Source of the DNA: Octopus vulgaris
Lineage: Eukaryota
Length of the DNA stretch: 64,000 bases
Assembly (NCBI GenBank): GCA_951406725.2
Contig: OX597830.1
Location: 70,122,001-70,186,000 of the forward strand
Direction of reading: 5' to 3'
In this document: piece after piece, positions 1 through 13,938 of the stretch
How the letters are laid out: every line of letters starts with the position of its first letter
How positions within the stretch are numbered: the first letter of the stretch is position 1
Notes under the pieces: model-generated
Told to the model about the DNA's origin: nothing
The model's input: the letters and a program-made list of their open reading frames with translations, nothing else
Database searches by the model: none
Made by a program: the position numbers and the translations under genes

Positions 1-182
1 TTTTCTACTCTAGGCACAAGACCCGAAATTCTGGTGGGAGGGGCCAGTATGCATCTGGTACTTAATTTATCGACCCCGAAAGACAAAGTCGACCTCGACG
101 AATTTGAACTCAGAACGTAAAGACAGACGAAATAACGCTAAGCATTTCGCCCGGTGTGCTAACGATTCTGCCAGCTCGTCGC
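1..182 (-). mobile_element. tRNA-derived SINE, family A (Nin/Deu-domain-like)
   Basis: Reverse complement of the family A sequence (GCGAGCTGGCAGAATCGTTAGCAC...GAGTTCAAATTC...GGGGTCGATAAATTAAGTACCAG) that recurs throughout the window. Confidence 0.85.
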
Positions 183-268
183 ATTACATATACACATATA
201 CTATATACATACACACATACATACATACATATATACATACATACATACATACATACATACATTCATAC

Positions 269-340
<72 letters not shown>

Positions 341-355
341 ATATATAAAACATTT

Positions 356-560
356 TTCTCAATATAAAAGAGTGTACATTTAAACCTAGGTATAACCATT
401 AAAAAAAATAACAAGGTAACAGTTTATATTTTTCATTCCCTTCGAAAAATGTTCTTAAATGGGGTTTTGGTCGTTTTGACTGCTTCTTCTAGCGTGTAAA
501 AATTGCCTGTCAAAAATAGTTTTCTCTTGTGTTTAAATTTAAACTATTTTATATTGAGAA
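356..560. mobile_element. MITE-like element or fragment with ~30-bp imperfect inverted repeats
   Basis: TTCTCAATATAAAAGAGTGTACATTTAAAC (from 356) is the imperfect reverse complement of GTTTAAATTTAAACTATTTTATATTGAGAA (ending at 560). It lies between (TA)n tracts. Confidence 0.55.
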
Positions 561-644
561 TATGAATATGTCTATTGACTTTTTATACATGCTAGGCCAC
601 TGGTGGTGAAATTTCTAAAAATATTCGCCATCCTATATATTTAC

Positions 645-710
<66 letters not shown>

Positions 711-958
711 ACTCGTCATTGTCGTAATCATTGGCGTAAACTTTCTCGATGTCAGGTGTTCCGCCTACTTTACTTAACTCACCATAGTCAAATATGGCGT
801 CTCACGTGAGTGTGAAGATCCGGATTTGTTCGACGCATTCACTGATATTCTCTGCATGGGATCATTATTGGGCTTTTCATCGATGGTGGTTAGTCTTCAA
901 CACACACATACACACACACACACGCACGCACACACATACACACACACGCACACACACA

Positions 959-1002
<44 letters not shown>

Positions 1003-1183
1003 GACTCAGCGCACCGAGAGAGATTATGTAAGTGATTCAGCAGCCTGATCAGCTGGAATTAACTGTTACACTCGATTTTGGTATTGAGTACATTTTCATT
1101 CTTCGGACACACACACACACACATACACACACACACATACACACACACACATTTATATATATATATAAATGACACAAACGCAC

Positions 1184-1229
<46 letters not shown>

Positions 1230-1264
1230 TACTTAGCTTGATAGGTTGATTGACAAATAGATGC

Positions 1265-1360
<96 letters not shown>

Positions 1361-1398
1361 CTATCTATCTATATACATATATATATATATATACACAC

Positions 1399-1450
1399 TG
1401 AGTAGAACCTCGGTTTACGAACGCCTCTGATCACGAATAAATCGTGCTTT
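1399..1450 (+). mobile_element. Possible Tigger/pogo-type terminal inverted repeat fragment
   Basis: AGTAGAACCTCGGTTTACGAACGCCTCTGATCACGAA resembles CAGTRG(T/A)ACCTCG...ACGAAC termini of pogo/Tigger MITEs. No partner end was seen. Confidence 0.35.
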
Positions 1451-1470
1451 ATTTCTCTCTCTCTCTCTCT

Positions 1471-1516
<46 letters not shown>

Positions 1517-1539
1517 GTATGTATATACATATAATGTAC

Positions 1540-1575
<36 letters not shown>

Positions 1576-2194
1576 CTGTGTGTATGTATTATACGTGTGC
1601 CTGTGAGTTTATTATGAGGCACATATACATGCTTACATATATATACACATACAGACAAATGCACGCACATACATACGTAAATTCATACATACATTTATAT
1701 ACATACACTGATACATACGTAGACATAGGTGTGCGTCTGTTGACGCGAATTCAGTCAGATCTCTGTAACAAGATAATTGGTTATCTAGCACAAAGGAATG
1801 GTTGTATGATAGGGGTCAATCGAACTTCTGTGTTATCCCATCTAACTTCCTCTCAAAGGTCCCTATCCCCCTTTTTTCTCACCCTCATCCTCACTCCCTC
1901 GGTCGCCCCCTTTGCTAATGATATTCTGGACATCATGATCCCCCTCCTTTATATGCTGTCCCCCATCCCGCCGTTGTGTCCACCCCCTCACCTCCTTTTC
2001 TTTGTGGAGATCGATCAGCGGCACTACCAGACCTGGTGATTTCCGTATAATTAACATAACATTTCAATGAAATAGACAGATAGACAGACAGACAGAAAGA
2101 GAGACAGACAGATAGACACACAGACGAGTAAGGGGAAGGAGTAAGGAAGGGTAAAAAGGAGAGAGAAAATAAGAGAGAATAAAATAGAGATAGA

Positions 2195-2195
2195 C

Positions 2196-2231
<36 letters not shown>

Positions 2232-2327
2232 GATGACAGCCGTAGCAGTAGTAATTATAGTAGTAGTAGTAGTAGTAGTAGTAGCACCGAATGATGACGA
2301 TTGATAATAATGGTTATTGACGATGAC

Positions 2328-2403
<76 letters not shown>

Positions 2404-2535
2404 GCGATGACGACATCAGAGGCGGTGGTGAAGATGGTAGTGCCGGTGAAGGTGGTGACGCTGATGAAGATGGTGGCCATTGTGATGGCGGCGGCAGTGT
2501 CGATGGCGATGATGAGAATAATGATATTGATGTGA
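2195..2535 (+). repeat. Compound (GAT)n/(GTA)n/(GGT)n microsatellite
   Basis: Long GAT runs; source of the poly-D/M/I/S ORFs. Confidence 0.95.
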
Positions 2536-2791
2536 GGAAATAATCGGGAGAACAGATTGACCAGACAAAATAGATGGAATATGAACGCTCAGAGCCGAGA
2601 GGAGGGAAAGAACTGGAGAGAGAGGGGGAGAGAGGGAGGGAGAGGGAGAGAGAGAGAGAGAGAGAGAGAGAAAGTGAGAAAGAGAAGGAGAGTGACAGGG
2701 AAGAAGGGAAGGAGAATGCAATGGTAGTGAGAGTGAGCGACAGAGTGTCAAGCAGTTTAAGAGAGGACGATAGACAAATGACGCACACATA

Positions 2792-2865
<74 letters not shown>

Positions 2866-3077
2866 CACCCACTCACACACACACAAACATATGTGTGTGT
2901 GTGTGTGTGTGTTTGAGAGAGAGAGAGATAGAGAACAATTAGAGTTAATGAATAGGATGAGAAATACTGATTCTGAAGGGGGAGGGGCAGTCATAAAGAA
3001 ATGAAATGAGGAGTGAGAGAGAGGTGGGGAAGAAGAAAGAGGAAGGGAGATAAAATGTGTATTCATGTGTCATATAT

Positions 3078-3125
<48 letters not shown>

Positions 3126-3191
3126 GTATATATAATATATATACTATATATCTGTGTATCTCTAAATGTATGTATGTATACATATACATAC

Positions 3192-3259
<68 letters not shown>

Positions 3260-3719
3260 ATATATATGCTTCTATATATAATTACACACACACATACACA
3301 GACACACACACATATGGATGTGAATATACGCACATATGTTAGGTGTGTATTTGTCAGTGTTGTGTGTATGTATTTGTTTACAGAGAAATAGAGAGATATT
3401 TGCGAAATAATAAAAAATATATAAATGAATATACAATAACAATAACAATAACAACAAACAAAACAAGAAAATTAACATAAACATTTTTTAAAGGAATAAT
3501 TGGATGGAATATAATTATGTCCCCTGTTTCTATGATCCTTGTCGCTTGTAGTGATGATGGTGTTGGTATCGATGATAAAAAACGGTGGGGGAGGGGTTGA
3601 TGGTGATGTTGGTTATGATGGTGTTGTTGTATTGGCGAAGTTGGCAGTGATGATGATGATGACGATGGTAGTAGTGATGGCGGTGATAGGGATGTTGGTG
3701 ATATTCGTAGTGATGATTT

Positions 3720-3934
3720 AAGGCAGCGAGCTGGCAGAGTCGTTAGCACACCGGGCAAAATGCTTAGCAGCATTTTGTCCATCTTCATGTTCTGAGCTCA
3801 AATTAGGCCGAGGTGGAATTTGCCTTTCATCCTTTCGAGGATCGATAAATTTAGTACCAGTTGAGGACTGGGGTCGATGGAATCGACTTAATCCCTTCCC
3901 CCAAATTTCAGGCCTTGTGCTTCCAGCAGAAAGG

Positions 3935-3935
<1 letters not shown>
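3720..3935 (+). mobile_element. SINE family A, tail type 1, followed by (ATT)n
   Basis: AAGGCAGCGAGCTGGCAGAGTCGTTAGCAC head; GCCTTTCATCCTTTCGAGGATCGATAAATTTAGTACCAG core; ...AATTTCAGGCCTTGTGC...AGAAAGGATTATT end. Confidence 0.9.
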
Positions 3936-3983
<48 letters not shown>

Positions 3984-3986
<3 letters not shown>

Positions 3987-4205
3987 CGGCGAGCTGGTAG
4001 AAATGGTTAGCGCTCCGGGCAAAGCATGCTCAGCGGCATTTCGCCCGTTTCTTTTTTTTTCGTTTTCTTCTAAATTTCCCGAGATCGACTTTGCGTTTCT
4101 TCCTTTCGAGATCGATAAAATAAATACACATTGAGCACGACTATACACTCCCCCCCCCCCACCAAAACACAATTTCAGGTCCTGTGCTTATATGAGAAAA
4201 GATTA
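3984..4205 (+). mobile_element. SINE family A, diverged, in tandem with the previous copy
   Basis: Same head (AGGCGGCGAGCTGGTAGAA), core and tail type 1. Confidence 0.8.
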
Positions 4206-4671
4206 TCATCATTTTTATTATTAATGGTGTTGTCGTTATTATTATTACTACATCCGCCATTTGCCACAGGGACGACAGATAAAGAAGACATGACAAGAAC
4301 TAAGTTAAAAATAAATAAATGAATAAATAAGATTTTAAAAAGTAAACACTGTGAGGGTTTACGTAAAGCTCCTTATAAAAAAAAACTGCGCATTGCACAC
4401 AAAAATATTTTCTTTGAAATTCACCGCAAGTGTAACTAAGTACGTAAGTTATTTTGCAAGTACTTGCGCTGCAGTTGTGTTTCTCCGTCGATCTGACAAT
4501 AATAACCTTACCCATCTCTTCGGTTGAAGTATACAAAAGTTTCTTTGTATGTCGGATGAGTAACAGAGCACTGAAAGAACATTGGCAGTTCGCTGTCAAA
4601 GACGTACGTTTTCTCGTCGCTGCACGCATAACACACAAACACACATCACGTTTATAAACAAAATACAAATG

Positions 4672-4674
<3 letters not shown>

Positions 4675-4750
<76 letters not shown>

Positions 4751-4770
4751 GTCTGTCTGTCTGTCTATCT
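4675..4770 (+). repeat. (ATCT)n microsatellite
   Basis: Direct tandem ATCT/GTCT units. Confidence 0.95.
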
Positions 4771-4789
4771 ATAATTCATAATTCATTTT

Positions 4790-4827
<38 letters not shown>

Positions 4828-4910
4828 ATATAAATATATACATATGTATATATAAATATATACATGTATATATGTAAATATATATACATGATATATATAT
4901 ATATAAATAT

Positions 4911-4989
<79 letters not shown>

Positions 4990-5009
4990 TTTATCTATTT
5001 ATTCTTTTG

Positions 5010-5205
5010 ATTTTTCAGTCATTTGACTGCGGCCATGCTGGAGCACCGCCTTGAAGAGTTTTAGCCGAGCAAATCGATCCCGGGACTTACTTTTAAAGCC
5101 TAGTACTAAGTTACGAGGACGCAAACACACCAACACCGGTTGTCAAGCGGTGATCGTGGGACAAACACAGACTCAAAGACGTACACATAGAAATATATAC
5201 GAATA

Positions 5206-5265
<60 letters not shown>

Positions 5266-5397
5266 TCCACTCACAAGACTTCGGTCTCCCCGAGGATGTA
5301 GTGGCAGACATTTGCCCAAAGTGCCCAAAGTGCCACGCAGTGAGACTGAATCCGGAACCACGTGGTTGGGAAGCAAGCTTCTTCCCACACAGCCATA
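5010..5397 (-). mobile_element. tRNA-derived SINE, family B (CORE-like), internally deleted
   Basis: Matches the fuller copy at 19375-19799 (CAGTCATTTGACTGCGGCCATGCTGGAGCACCGCC ... GTGCCACGCAGTGAGACTGAATCCGGAACCACGTGG). Confidence 0.85.
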
Positions 5398-5747
5398 TGT
5401 ATATTTTAGTAGTATGTATATGTGTAAGTATTCTAGTAACTATAGTGACCAATTGACTGATTGATTTTTTAATTTTAAGGGAACAACGTGTAATTTTTAA
5501 TGCAATTTGTGTGATATTTCTAGCAGGACGCGCGTCCACGTAGATGCTTCCTCGATGTTGGTGATGTCAATGGTGATGAAAATCACAACGATGATGTTAG
5601 AGATGATGGTGACGATAATGACGACTACGATGATGAAGTCTACGACGATGATGCTGCTGCTGCTGCTGCTGATGATGATGATGACGAAAGCGGCTCTTTT
5701 AAGGGAGGAACGAAACCACAAAGGCACAAGGATACGCTGATCTGTAC

Positions 5748-5786
<39 letters not shown>

Positions 5787-6448
5787 ACACACACATATAA
5801 ACAAACATATATAAAATAAAACTGTCAACTACGAGAAGGCTTACGAGTATATATATATATATATACACATATATACACGTATTTATATTTATGATGTGTG
5901 TGTGAGTGAGTGTACATTGTGAGAAACCTAGCAGTTATTTCTAGCAAATCATACGACCATATAATGCAGAGAGGCTACCTCATTGTTTCGCGCTCATCCG
6001 ATATTCATCTGTGAAGTTCGTGTCGTTTACAGCTTATATATATATTATTATTATTCGATGAGATAATACAGCGTAGTGATCGTCGCGAAAATATATCTTC
6101 AACAGACAATCTAACGCTATGATTGTTATCATCTATAACGGGTCTTTCGTCCTTTTGTTTAGTTTTGTTTGCTAGTTTCTTTATCGTAGCCGAGGCCTGA
6201 ACGATAAATTGTCAATTGTAAATATTGAATTAGAGTTAGGTCGGGAAGTCAAAGACTTTTGGCTTGACCCAATGACATTACAAAACAGTTTCTAACAAAA
6301 CACCGAAGGAAAGGAAAAGAAACAACACCGCCATTTCTACTGCATAATTATACATAAATATACGTGTATACATACGTACTCATAAAATATATATGTTTGG
6401 GGGCTTGCGTGTTAGTATAGAAAATATGAATGCGCTCAAACACACTCA

Positions 6449-6521
<73 letters not shown>

Positions 6522-6551
6522 GCATACACATATAGAAATATATATATATAT

Positions 6552-7090
6552 CATTGTATCACTGTACCGACCAGGCATCAGATGCTACTGTACACGGCTG
6601 GTCACAATGCGCTCCCAGTTCTTGATTGCGCCATTCTTTTCCATTTTGTCCCAAATCGTTTACTAAAATTGTCTTCCCATAGTCTGGGAGGCCTTCCATA
6701 TAGCTTTTTTCCATCACTTGGATACCACTTAGCAATTGCACAGCTCCACCTGCTGTCTGTAAACGTTGCACCATGTCCGGTCCAGTGGAATTTGTGCTTT
6801 CGGTATTATGGGATTACATCGTTCACTCCGCTCCATTCTCCAGTAATTTCCTTTCGAATATTTTCTCCTAATGATATTACTAGCATACGTCTTACCATGG
6901 GCCTTTGCGTTGTAGCCAATCGATGTTCTTTTCTCTTCATAGTAGTCTACATTTCACTTGTGTGCAGATAGGATAGGGCTACTGAAAAATCTGGCATGTG
7001 TCGTCATGTCCAGTTTAGCTTTGAGCACATTCTTTATTGAGGTAAACACCTATTCTGCACTTATTTTCTACGAGATCTCAACATTCATGT
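6552..7090 (-). mobile_element. RTE-clade LINE 3' remnant (decayed ORF C-terminus)
   Basis: Minus-strand translation with stops: FTSIKNVLKAKLD...TTMKRKEHRLATTQRPMVRRMLVISLGENIRKE...SGVNDVIP*YRKHKFHWTGHGATFTDSRWSCAIAKWYPSDGKKLYGRPPRLWED...WKRMAQSR. This matches the RTE motifs (QRAMERxMLG, WAGHVAR..DxRW, GRPxxRWED). It ends in a short GTGATACA-type tail. Confidence 0.85.
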
Positions 7091-7704
7091 CTCGGTACAT
7101 ATTCACTCGGTACCCTAATATTTAGTCATCCAGAGAAGAGCAGGCAACACCCATGAGATCTTATTTTCGTCAGGGTTACCGGGAAGATTAGTGACATGAT
7201 GGGAAGATATTTCCCTTAAACCTTGGACCTGGAATGCATACCTGCAATAGAGTGGACTCCACTAAACGTACCCAAAGGCCAAAGGGGTGGGTATTTAACT
7301 GGGTGACAGATTAAGTCTGCTATCCTATTGCTCGATTAAATACACAAACATTTAAGCACCGAGGTCGATATAGTCATCCATTTCATCTCTAATCCCTTTG
7401 CTTCTTCGCAAAAATTTGAACCCGTGTTGCAATGCAAAGTAATCAATGTTTATTAAACCGTTATTCTGATATTCCGAAAGAATAGTTAAGAGAAACATTT
7501 TTCTTTTCTTTGTTATTGTCGTTGTTGCTGCTGCTGTTCTTGTTCTTCTTTTCTTCTTCTTTGTGGTAGTGTGATCAGTCACTTAAAAGGTCACATCTTT
7601 TCAACGATATTGTTTTAATCATCATAAAACTCTGCTCCCTTGATGGAATGAAAACCTATGTCAAGTTATTCCTTTTGCTTGAAAAATAAAACACACGTCG
7701 GCGG

Positions 7705-7770
7705 GAAGAAGAAGAAGAAGAAGAAGAAGAAGAAGAAGAAGAAGAAGAAGAAGAAGAAGAAGAAGAAGAA
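7705..7770 (+). repeat. (GAA)n microsatellite
   Basis: Pure GAA run. Confidence 0.95.
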
Positions 7771-7950
7771 AACAGGGAATAGAAAAAGAAAAGAAAAAAA
7801 CAACAGAAGCTCACAAACATACAGCATACACACACACACATGTTCATATAAATATATGTATATATGTATGTATATATGTATGTGTGTATGTATATATATG
7901 TGTGTGTATATATATATATATATATGTGTATATATATATGTGTGTGTATG

Positions 7951-7984
<34 letters not shown>

Positions 7985-8054
7985 TATATATATATATATG
8001 CATATACATGTATATATCCTTACACTCATACAAAATATACTCATACACTTTTAG

Positions 8055-8089
<35 letters not shown>

Positions 8090-8752
8090 CAATTAACACT
8101 TACATACAGACGCATAAACACATGCACACACGTATATGTGTGTGTATGTGTGAGTGTGTGTATGCACATTCACATACACACACTCACATAGATGTACACA
8201 TACGCACATACACACACACAGACAGATCCTGAAAGACTTAGCCGTTGTGGGCGGTAAACTCAAATGGATGGCTTCCTTCTTAATTTCCGTCGTTGCCTTG
8301 TTATTTCCAACATAATATCAAGTACAGCTCTTATAATATATGCAATGTCAGGGTTGCTATCACGTGACAAATGACAGAAAGTGTACGGAACTTTCTTTTT
8401 CTTCCCATCTCTGTACATCCACTCCCCCCCTCCCGTCTCATTTTTTTAAAACCACGCTTTCGTATTTTTTTTTTTTTGGTCTTTTCGTGCGTTGTTTTTA
8501 AGCTTATATTATTGTTGAGCTCTTTTTTCCCATCCCTCTAATCTCGATTCGTCTAAGTCTTTTTTTTTTTTTTTTTTGATATTTAGCGTTTGTTGTTTGT
8601 TGTTGCTTTTATTTTAATGTTAGATTATAATTGAGCCCTAAACCCCTGTCCGCGTTTAAAGGGAGCAAGTTCACTGGGCCAATTGCGTGGATCTAATTGC
8701 GTGGATAAATATATATTCTTAATCTTTCGTCTCCTCCTACTACCACAACCTG

Positions 8753-8817
<65 letters not shown>

Positions 8818-9170
8818 TTCCTCTCTGTCTCTGACTCTCTCTCTCTCTCTCGTTCTGTCTGTCTGTCCGTCTTTCTCTCTCTCCACTCTTTTATAAGGTG
8901 TGACAATCATATTATGTGAGTGTCAGCGTGTGTCTGTCTGTCGGTTTGTCTATCTATATCTGTGTATGTGTTGTTTGCATGTGTGTGTGTGTATGTTTGC
9001 ATGTAGGTGCGTGTATATATGTGTGTATTTATGAGTGCATGTACGCATGTAAATTTGCCTATACGTATGTATGTATGTATGTATTAGTGCTTATGTGTGC
9101 GAGTGTGAGGTTTGCATTTGTGTATGTCCGTGATAATCCGTGTGGTTTTTGAATGTGTGTAGCTATGTGT

Positions 9171-9207
<37 letters not shown>

Positions 9208-9405
9208 GGTAAACGAGTGTGCAGTGTTTTGTGGGTGAAAAGGTGGAGAGCCCCTCTTTGATAATGATAGTTTACGGCTTACATAGTTTGAAACCCCGTT
9301 GTCACCTGACGAACAATAGTACCAACAGAAAATATAGTATACAACACGAGCGAAAGCAAAGTAATTAACGTTAACACCACCAACACTACTACCACTAGTA
9401 GACTG

Positions 9406-9615
9406 TTTTCTACTATTGGCGCAAGTCATGAAATGTTGTGGGAGGAAGTAAGTCGATTACATCGACCCCATTGATCAACTGGTACGTATTTTATCGATTC
9501 CAAAAAGATGAAAAGCAAAGTCAACCTCGCTGGAAGGTGAACTCAGAACGCAAGGCTGGACGAAATTCCGATAAGCATTTTGCCCGGCATGCTAACGATA
9601 CTGCCAGTTCACCTC
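9406..9615 (-). mobile_element. SINE family A (diverged)
   Basis: Reverse complement of family A head, core and tail. Confidence 0.8.
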
Positions 9616-9677
<62 letters not shown>

Positions 9678-9684
9678 CAGCAAC

Positions 9685-9719
<35 letters not shown>

Positions 9720-9720
<1 letters not shown>

Positions 9721-9934
9721 CCTTTCTACTATAGGCACAAGGCCTGGAATTTTTATGAGAAGGGACTAGTCGGTAAAATCGACCCCAGTGCGTAACTAGT
9801 ACTTAGTTTATCGGCCCCAAAAGGATTAAAGGCAAAGTTGACCCCGGTGGCATTTGAACTCAGAATGTAAAGACAGACGGAATACCGTTAAGCATTTCGC
9901 CCGGCGGGCTAACGATTCTGCCAGCTCACCGCCC
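9720..9934 (-). mobile_element. SINE family A, tail type 1, flanked by (AAT)n
   Basis: CCTTTCTACTATAGGCACAAGGCCTG...GATTCTGCCAGCTCACCGCC; long (AAT)n at 9616-9720 and 9935-10175. Confidence 0.9.
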
Positions 9935-10006
<72 letters not shown>

Positions 10007-10010
10007 CAAC

Positions 10011-10042
<32 letters not shown>

Positions 10043-10089
10043 TAATAATAATAATAATAATGATAATAATGATAATAATAATAATAATG

Positions 10090-10123
<34 letters not shown>

Positions 10124-10864
10124 TAATAATAATAATAATAATGATAATAATGATAATAATAATAATAATGATAATATAAGTTCTTTAAAATAGTAGGTGT
10201 AAAGCATCATAAATTATCGTACAATCCTTGGCGGTGAGAATACCTTCTCCATCCATTTCTATCGGATTTGGATGTTAGGGTCTATTCATTCACACTATAT
10301 TGGCTCCTTTAATACAACTTTTACATAATTCACTAGGATTCGTTACTTTGTCTGCCCACATTGACCTTTTGTTCTTTTTTTTTTTTCGAGTGGTACTTAT
10401 TCAAGTTAATAGGGGTCGAAGAGGCCAAAAGTTCTGTTGTCTCACCCCTATCTTCAGCTCCCTGTACTCTGCGACCCCTTTCATTATAACCACGAAACTG
10501 ATTGCTCCTTCGAGCGAATGAAAGACGGGGGCAAGACCCTCACAATAGTTTCGGTTGACAGCTGGGTCCGTCGTACACGACTTAGCAATCGTTCGACACA
10601 ATTTCAACACCTCGCCAATCTTTCGACCCTGAACGAGTGTATGATGGGGGACAGGGCTCAAAAACGTCCTAGTAACGGCATTACCGCCACAGCACGGCTA
10701 AACTTGAAGTAACAATTTCTACGGTGGTTCTACAAGTTCTTTGGAATATATCTATAAGTTCTGACTTGTGAGTACTCCGGAAAATAAGCTACAGGATAGC
10801 TTATCAATATCTGGTATGCCACTGTTATCATATATTAATCCTCTATGAACCAACGAGGGGGATA

Positions 10865-11030
10865 TCGTATAGATGCTTCAGCTGCTGAAACTAGCAGTTA
10901 ACTATCCCTGAAATCACAGAGTCCAACGTTTTAAAAGGAAGGACTTTCTGAACAATGCAGTCATGCATACAAAATAAGAGGGATGGTCACTATTAGGATC
11001 CCTTTGATCATATGTTTGACCTGATATATC
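10865..11030 (+). mobile_element. Dispersed SINE-like family C fragment
   Basis: Shares CTAGCAG...AAATCAC...GGATGGTCAC...CCTTTGATCATA blocks with copies at 37200, 51385, 56290 and 58495. Confidence 0.55.
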
Positions 11031-11280
11031 GTTCTACGTACATATATATATATAAAATCCTTAAATCCTTAAAAATGCTTCAGCCTGAAGGCTACGGCCA
11101 TTCTAGGGCACCACCGTTGAATGAGCTACACTAGTATGTGAAACCACCTCTGATACGTGGCACTTGATCAACAAGGGAGTTCGATGCCGCTGCCCGCATC
11201 TGTGTTTCCTGCTGAAAGGTAGGTTCATCTGGGACCCCCTGACAAGAAGACATACATACATACATACATACATACATACA

Positions 11281-11314
<34 letters not shown>

Positions 11315-11719
11315 CACTTGTTGCACGAAGTAAAATACCAATAAACAGATCAGTGGAATGAATGAAATCAATGATTGAAACAGGATCAATGACGTTTTCT
11401 CGGCGTTTAGCAATCTTCAACTCTCTAATCCCTTTGGTAATAGTACTTAATAACTCTTCTTTTGTTGGTATGAAGCTCCATATGTTGAAGAAGAACAGAC
11501 TAGAAGACTACGTCGGTTAACAGAACACTACAGGTATGAATTGTATTGGTTTTGGTGAGTTAAAAGGGAGGCTTCGGTATGTAAAAGAGAGATTACTGAA
11601 AACCGTTTGCAAAACGATGAAAACGACCAGGAATTGAACTTGGGTTGCAAAATCATTTTGCCAAAAGGTCAAGAGCATACGACATTGGCTACGGCGTATG
11701 CTACGAGGTATGCAACTCT

Positions 11720-11753
<34 letters not shown>

Positions 11754-11775
11754 ATGCGAACGTATGCATGCACAA

Positions 11776-11828
<53 letters not shown>

Positions 11829-11872
11829 TCGTCTAAGAGCGGACAATATGATATTTAATACTATAATTCCGG

Positions 11873-11915
<43 letters not shown>

Positions 11916-11922
11916 ATGTATG

Positions 11923-11985
<63 letters not shown>

Positions 11986-12097
11986 TGATAGATATAGATA
12001 CAGAAACATTTCATAAACAAACTTAGAACAAACTCGAGAATTTTACCAAAAAATAAAGTAAATTTCGAACGCGGGATAGCTGTGAAAGCAACGTAGA

Positions 12098-12162
<65 letters not shown>

Positions 12163-12342
12163 AAGGCAGAAAGAAAAGAATGAGGAAACGGATAAAATGA
12201 AGAGTGATACGTAATAGGAAAGCTGGAAGAGACGGTGAGGGACGAGGAGAGGTGTGGGAGAGGAAGAAGAAGAAGAAAAACAAGTAATAAGTGACAAACA
12301 GAAGAGTTCCCCACCTTTTCTGCAGCTCTCCCCCCTCACATG

Positions 12343-12374
<32 letters not shown>

Positions 12375-12866
12375 ATCCCCATTCTCTCTTTCTCTCTGTG
12401 TTTTTTTCTCTCTCTCTTTCTCCTCAATTGCTATATATATACCCAATACGAAGAAGACAATCTATCTGTGGGAAGAGCCAAGTAATTTCTAGAGATGATA
12501 AGTATCTCAAGGAACAGTTAGACAAAGAAAGCTATTGTTGGCAGCACCAAAAGGCGCTAGCTATTAACATTAATAATGTTTTTGACCACCATCAAAGGGA
12601 GAAAAATAGAAGCAGCTGTCATGATGCACATCCGACAGGAAGCTATCTAGCCTCCTCCTAACCTCTTCTTCGATCCATTGGGTTTCCCTCCCTCATTATT
12701 CTCTCCTCTCTCTCCCTTTACTCCTCTTTATCTCTCTCTCTCTCTCTCTCTCTCTCTATTGCACTTTCCTTCTCTCTGCATAGCAACACCTATCACCCAA
12801 ACCCTTCCAAAACCCTATCTTTGAATATTATATACATACATAGACACGCACACACACACAGATATA

Positions 12867-12930
<64 letters not shown>

Positions 12931-12975
12931 CATATATATATATATATATATATCCCTTTCATTCTCTCTCTCTCT

Positions 12976-13031
<56 letters not shown>

Positions 13032-13050
13032 TCATTCTCTCTCTCTCTCT

Positions 13051-13155
<105 letters not shown>

Positions 13156-13492
13156 CTTGTCCATGTATATATATGTGTGCTTATGTTAGTGTTTGTCTAG
13201 GTGTGTATCATATATACCTCCACGCGCACGCGCACGCACACAAACATATTCTTTACTGTGTCTTTGTCACCATAAATGTGTTCTGCTTTTATCGCTCCGT
13301 TCTATCTTACTGGTTTCCATTCTTTCCTTCCTTTCATCTTCCTGTTTTATTTTTTCTTGCTTCCTAACCATACTTTCTTACTCTCTCAGTTTTTTTTTTT
13401 TTGTTTTGTCTTTGTCTCTCAAGCATTTCTTTTTTTCCCGGTTCCTTTCTCTCTTCTCTTTCCTTCTCTCTCACTCTCTCATCCATTCCTTC

Positions 13493-13542
<50 letters not shown>

Positions 13543-13851
13543 GATGTAGAAAGATAGGTAGATTGATTGATAGATAAATGGATAGATATAGATAGATAAA
13601 GAGACAGATAAATGGATAAATAGAAGACAGATAGATAGTTCTCCCCCGTTCTTCCTCTCTTTTTTTCTATCGTTATCCTTTCCTTTTTCTCTCTCTGCCA
13701 CAGTAATATACCTCTCGTTCTATCCTTTAAAAACCATGTTTATTTTGCTTTTAATTTTCACCTTCCGTACTCGTTTCATACGCTTTCCCCGTCATAATAC
13801 ATTTCTGTCTCAAACCTTTTATTCTTTCTCCCTTTCTCTCACTCACACACG

Positions 13852-13938
<87 letters not shown>

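Noticed and set aside
1777-1789. TTGGTTATCTAGC, a 13-nt match to miR-9
   Set aside because: The 5' seed (TCTTTGG) and 3' end differ and there is no precursor hairpin. It overlaps an AGATAA-TTGG-TTATCT GATA-site palindrome.
5984-6000. Minus-strand CGGAUGA-GCGC-GAAAC hammerhead-like string
   Set aside because: The core is mutated, there is no room for a stem II loop, and there is no stem I.
10655-10712. HDV-like ribozyme suggested by a GGCTAA motif after a short stem
   Set aside because: P1, P2 and P3 could not be built consistently.
11380-11500. Minus-strand peptide PTKEELLSTITKGI resembling a Tc1/IS630 C-terminus
   Set aside because: Too short, with no catalytic motifs or TIRs nearby.
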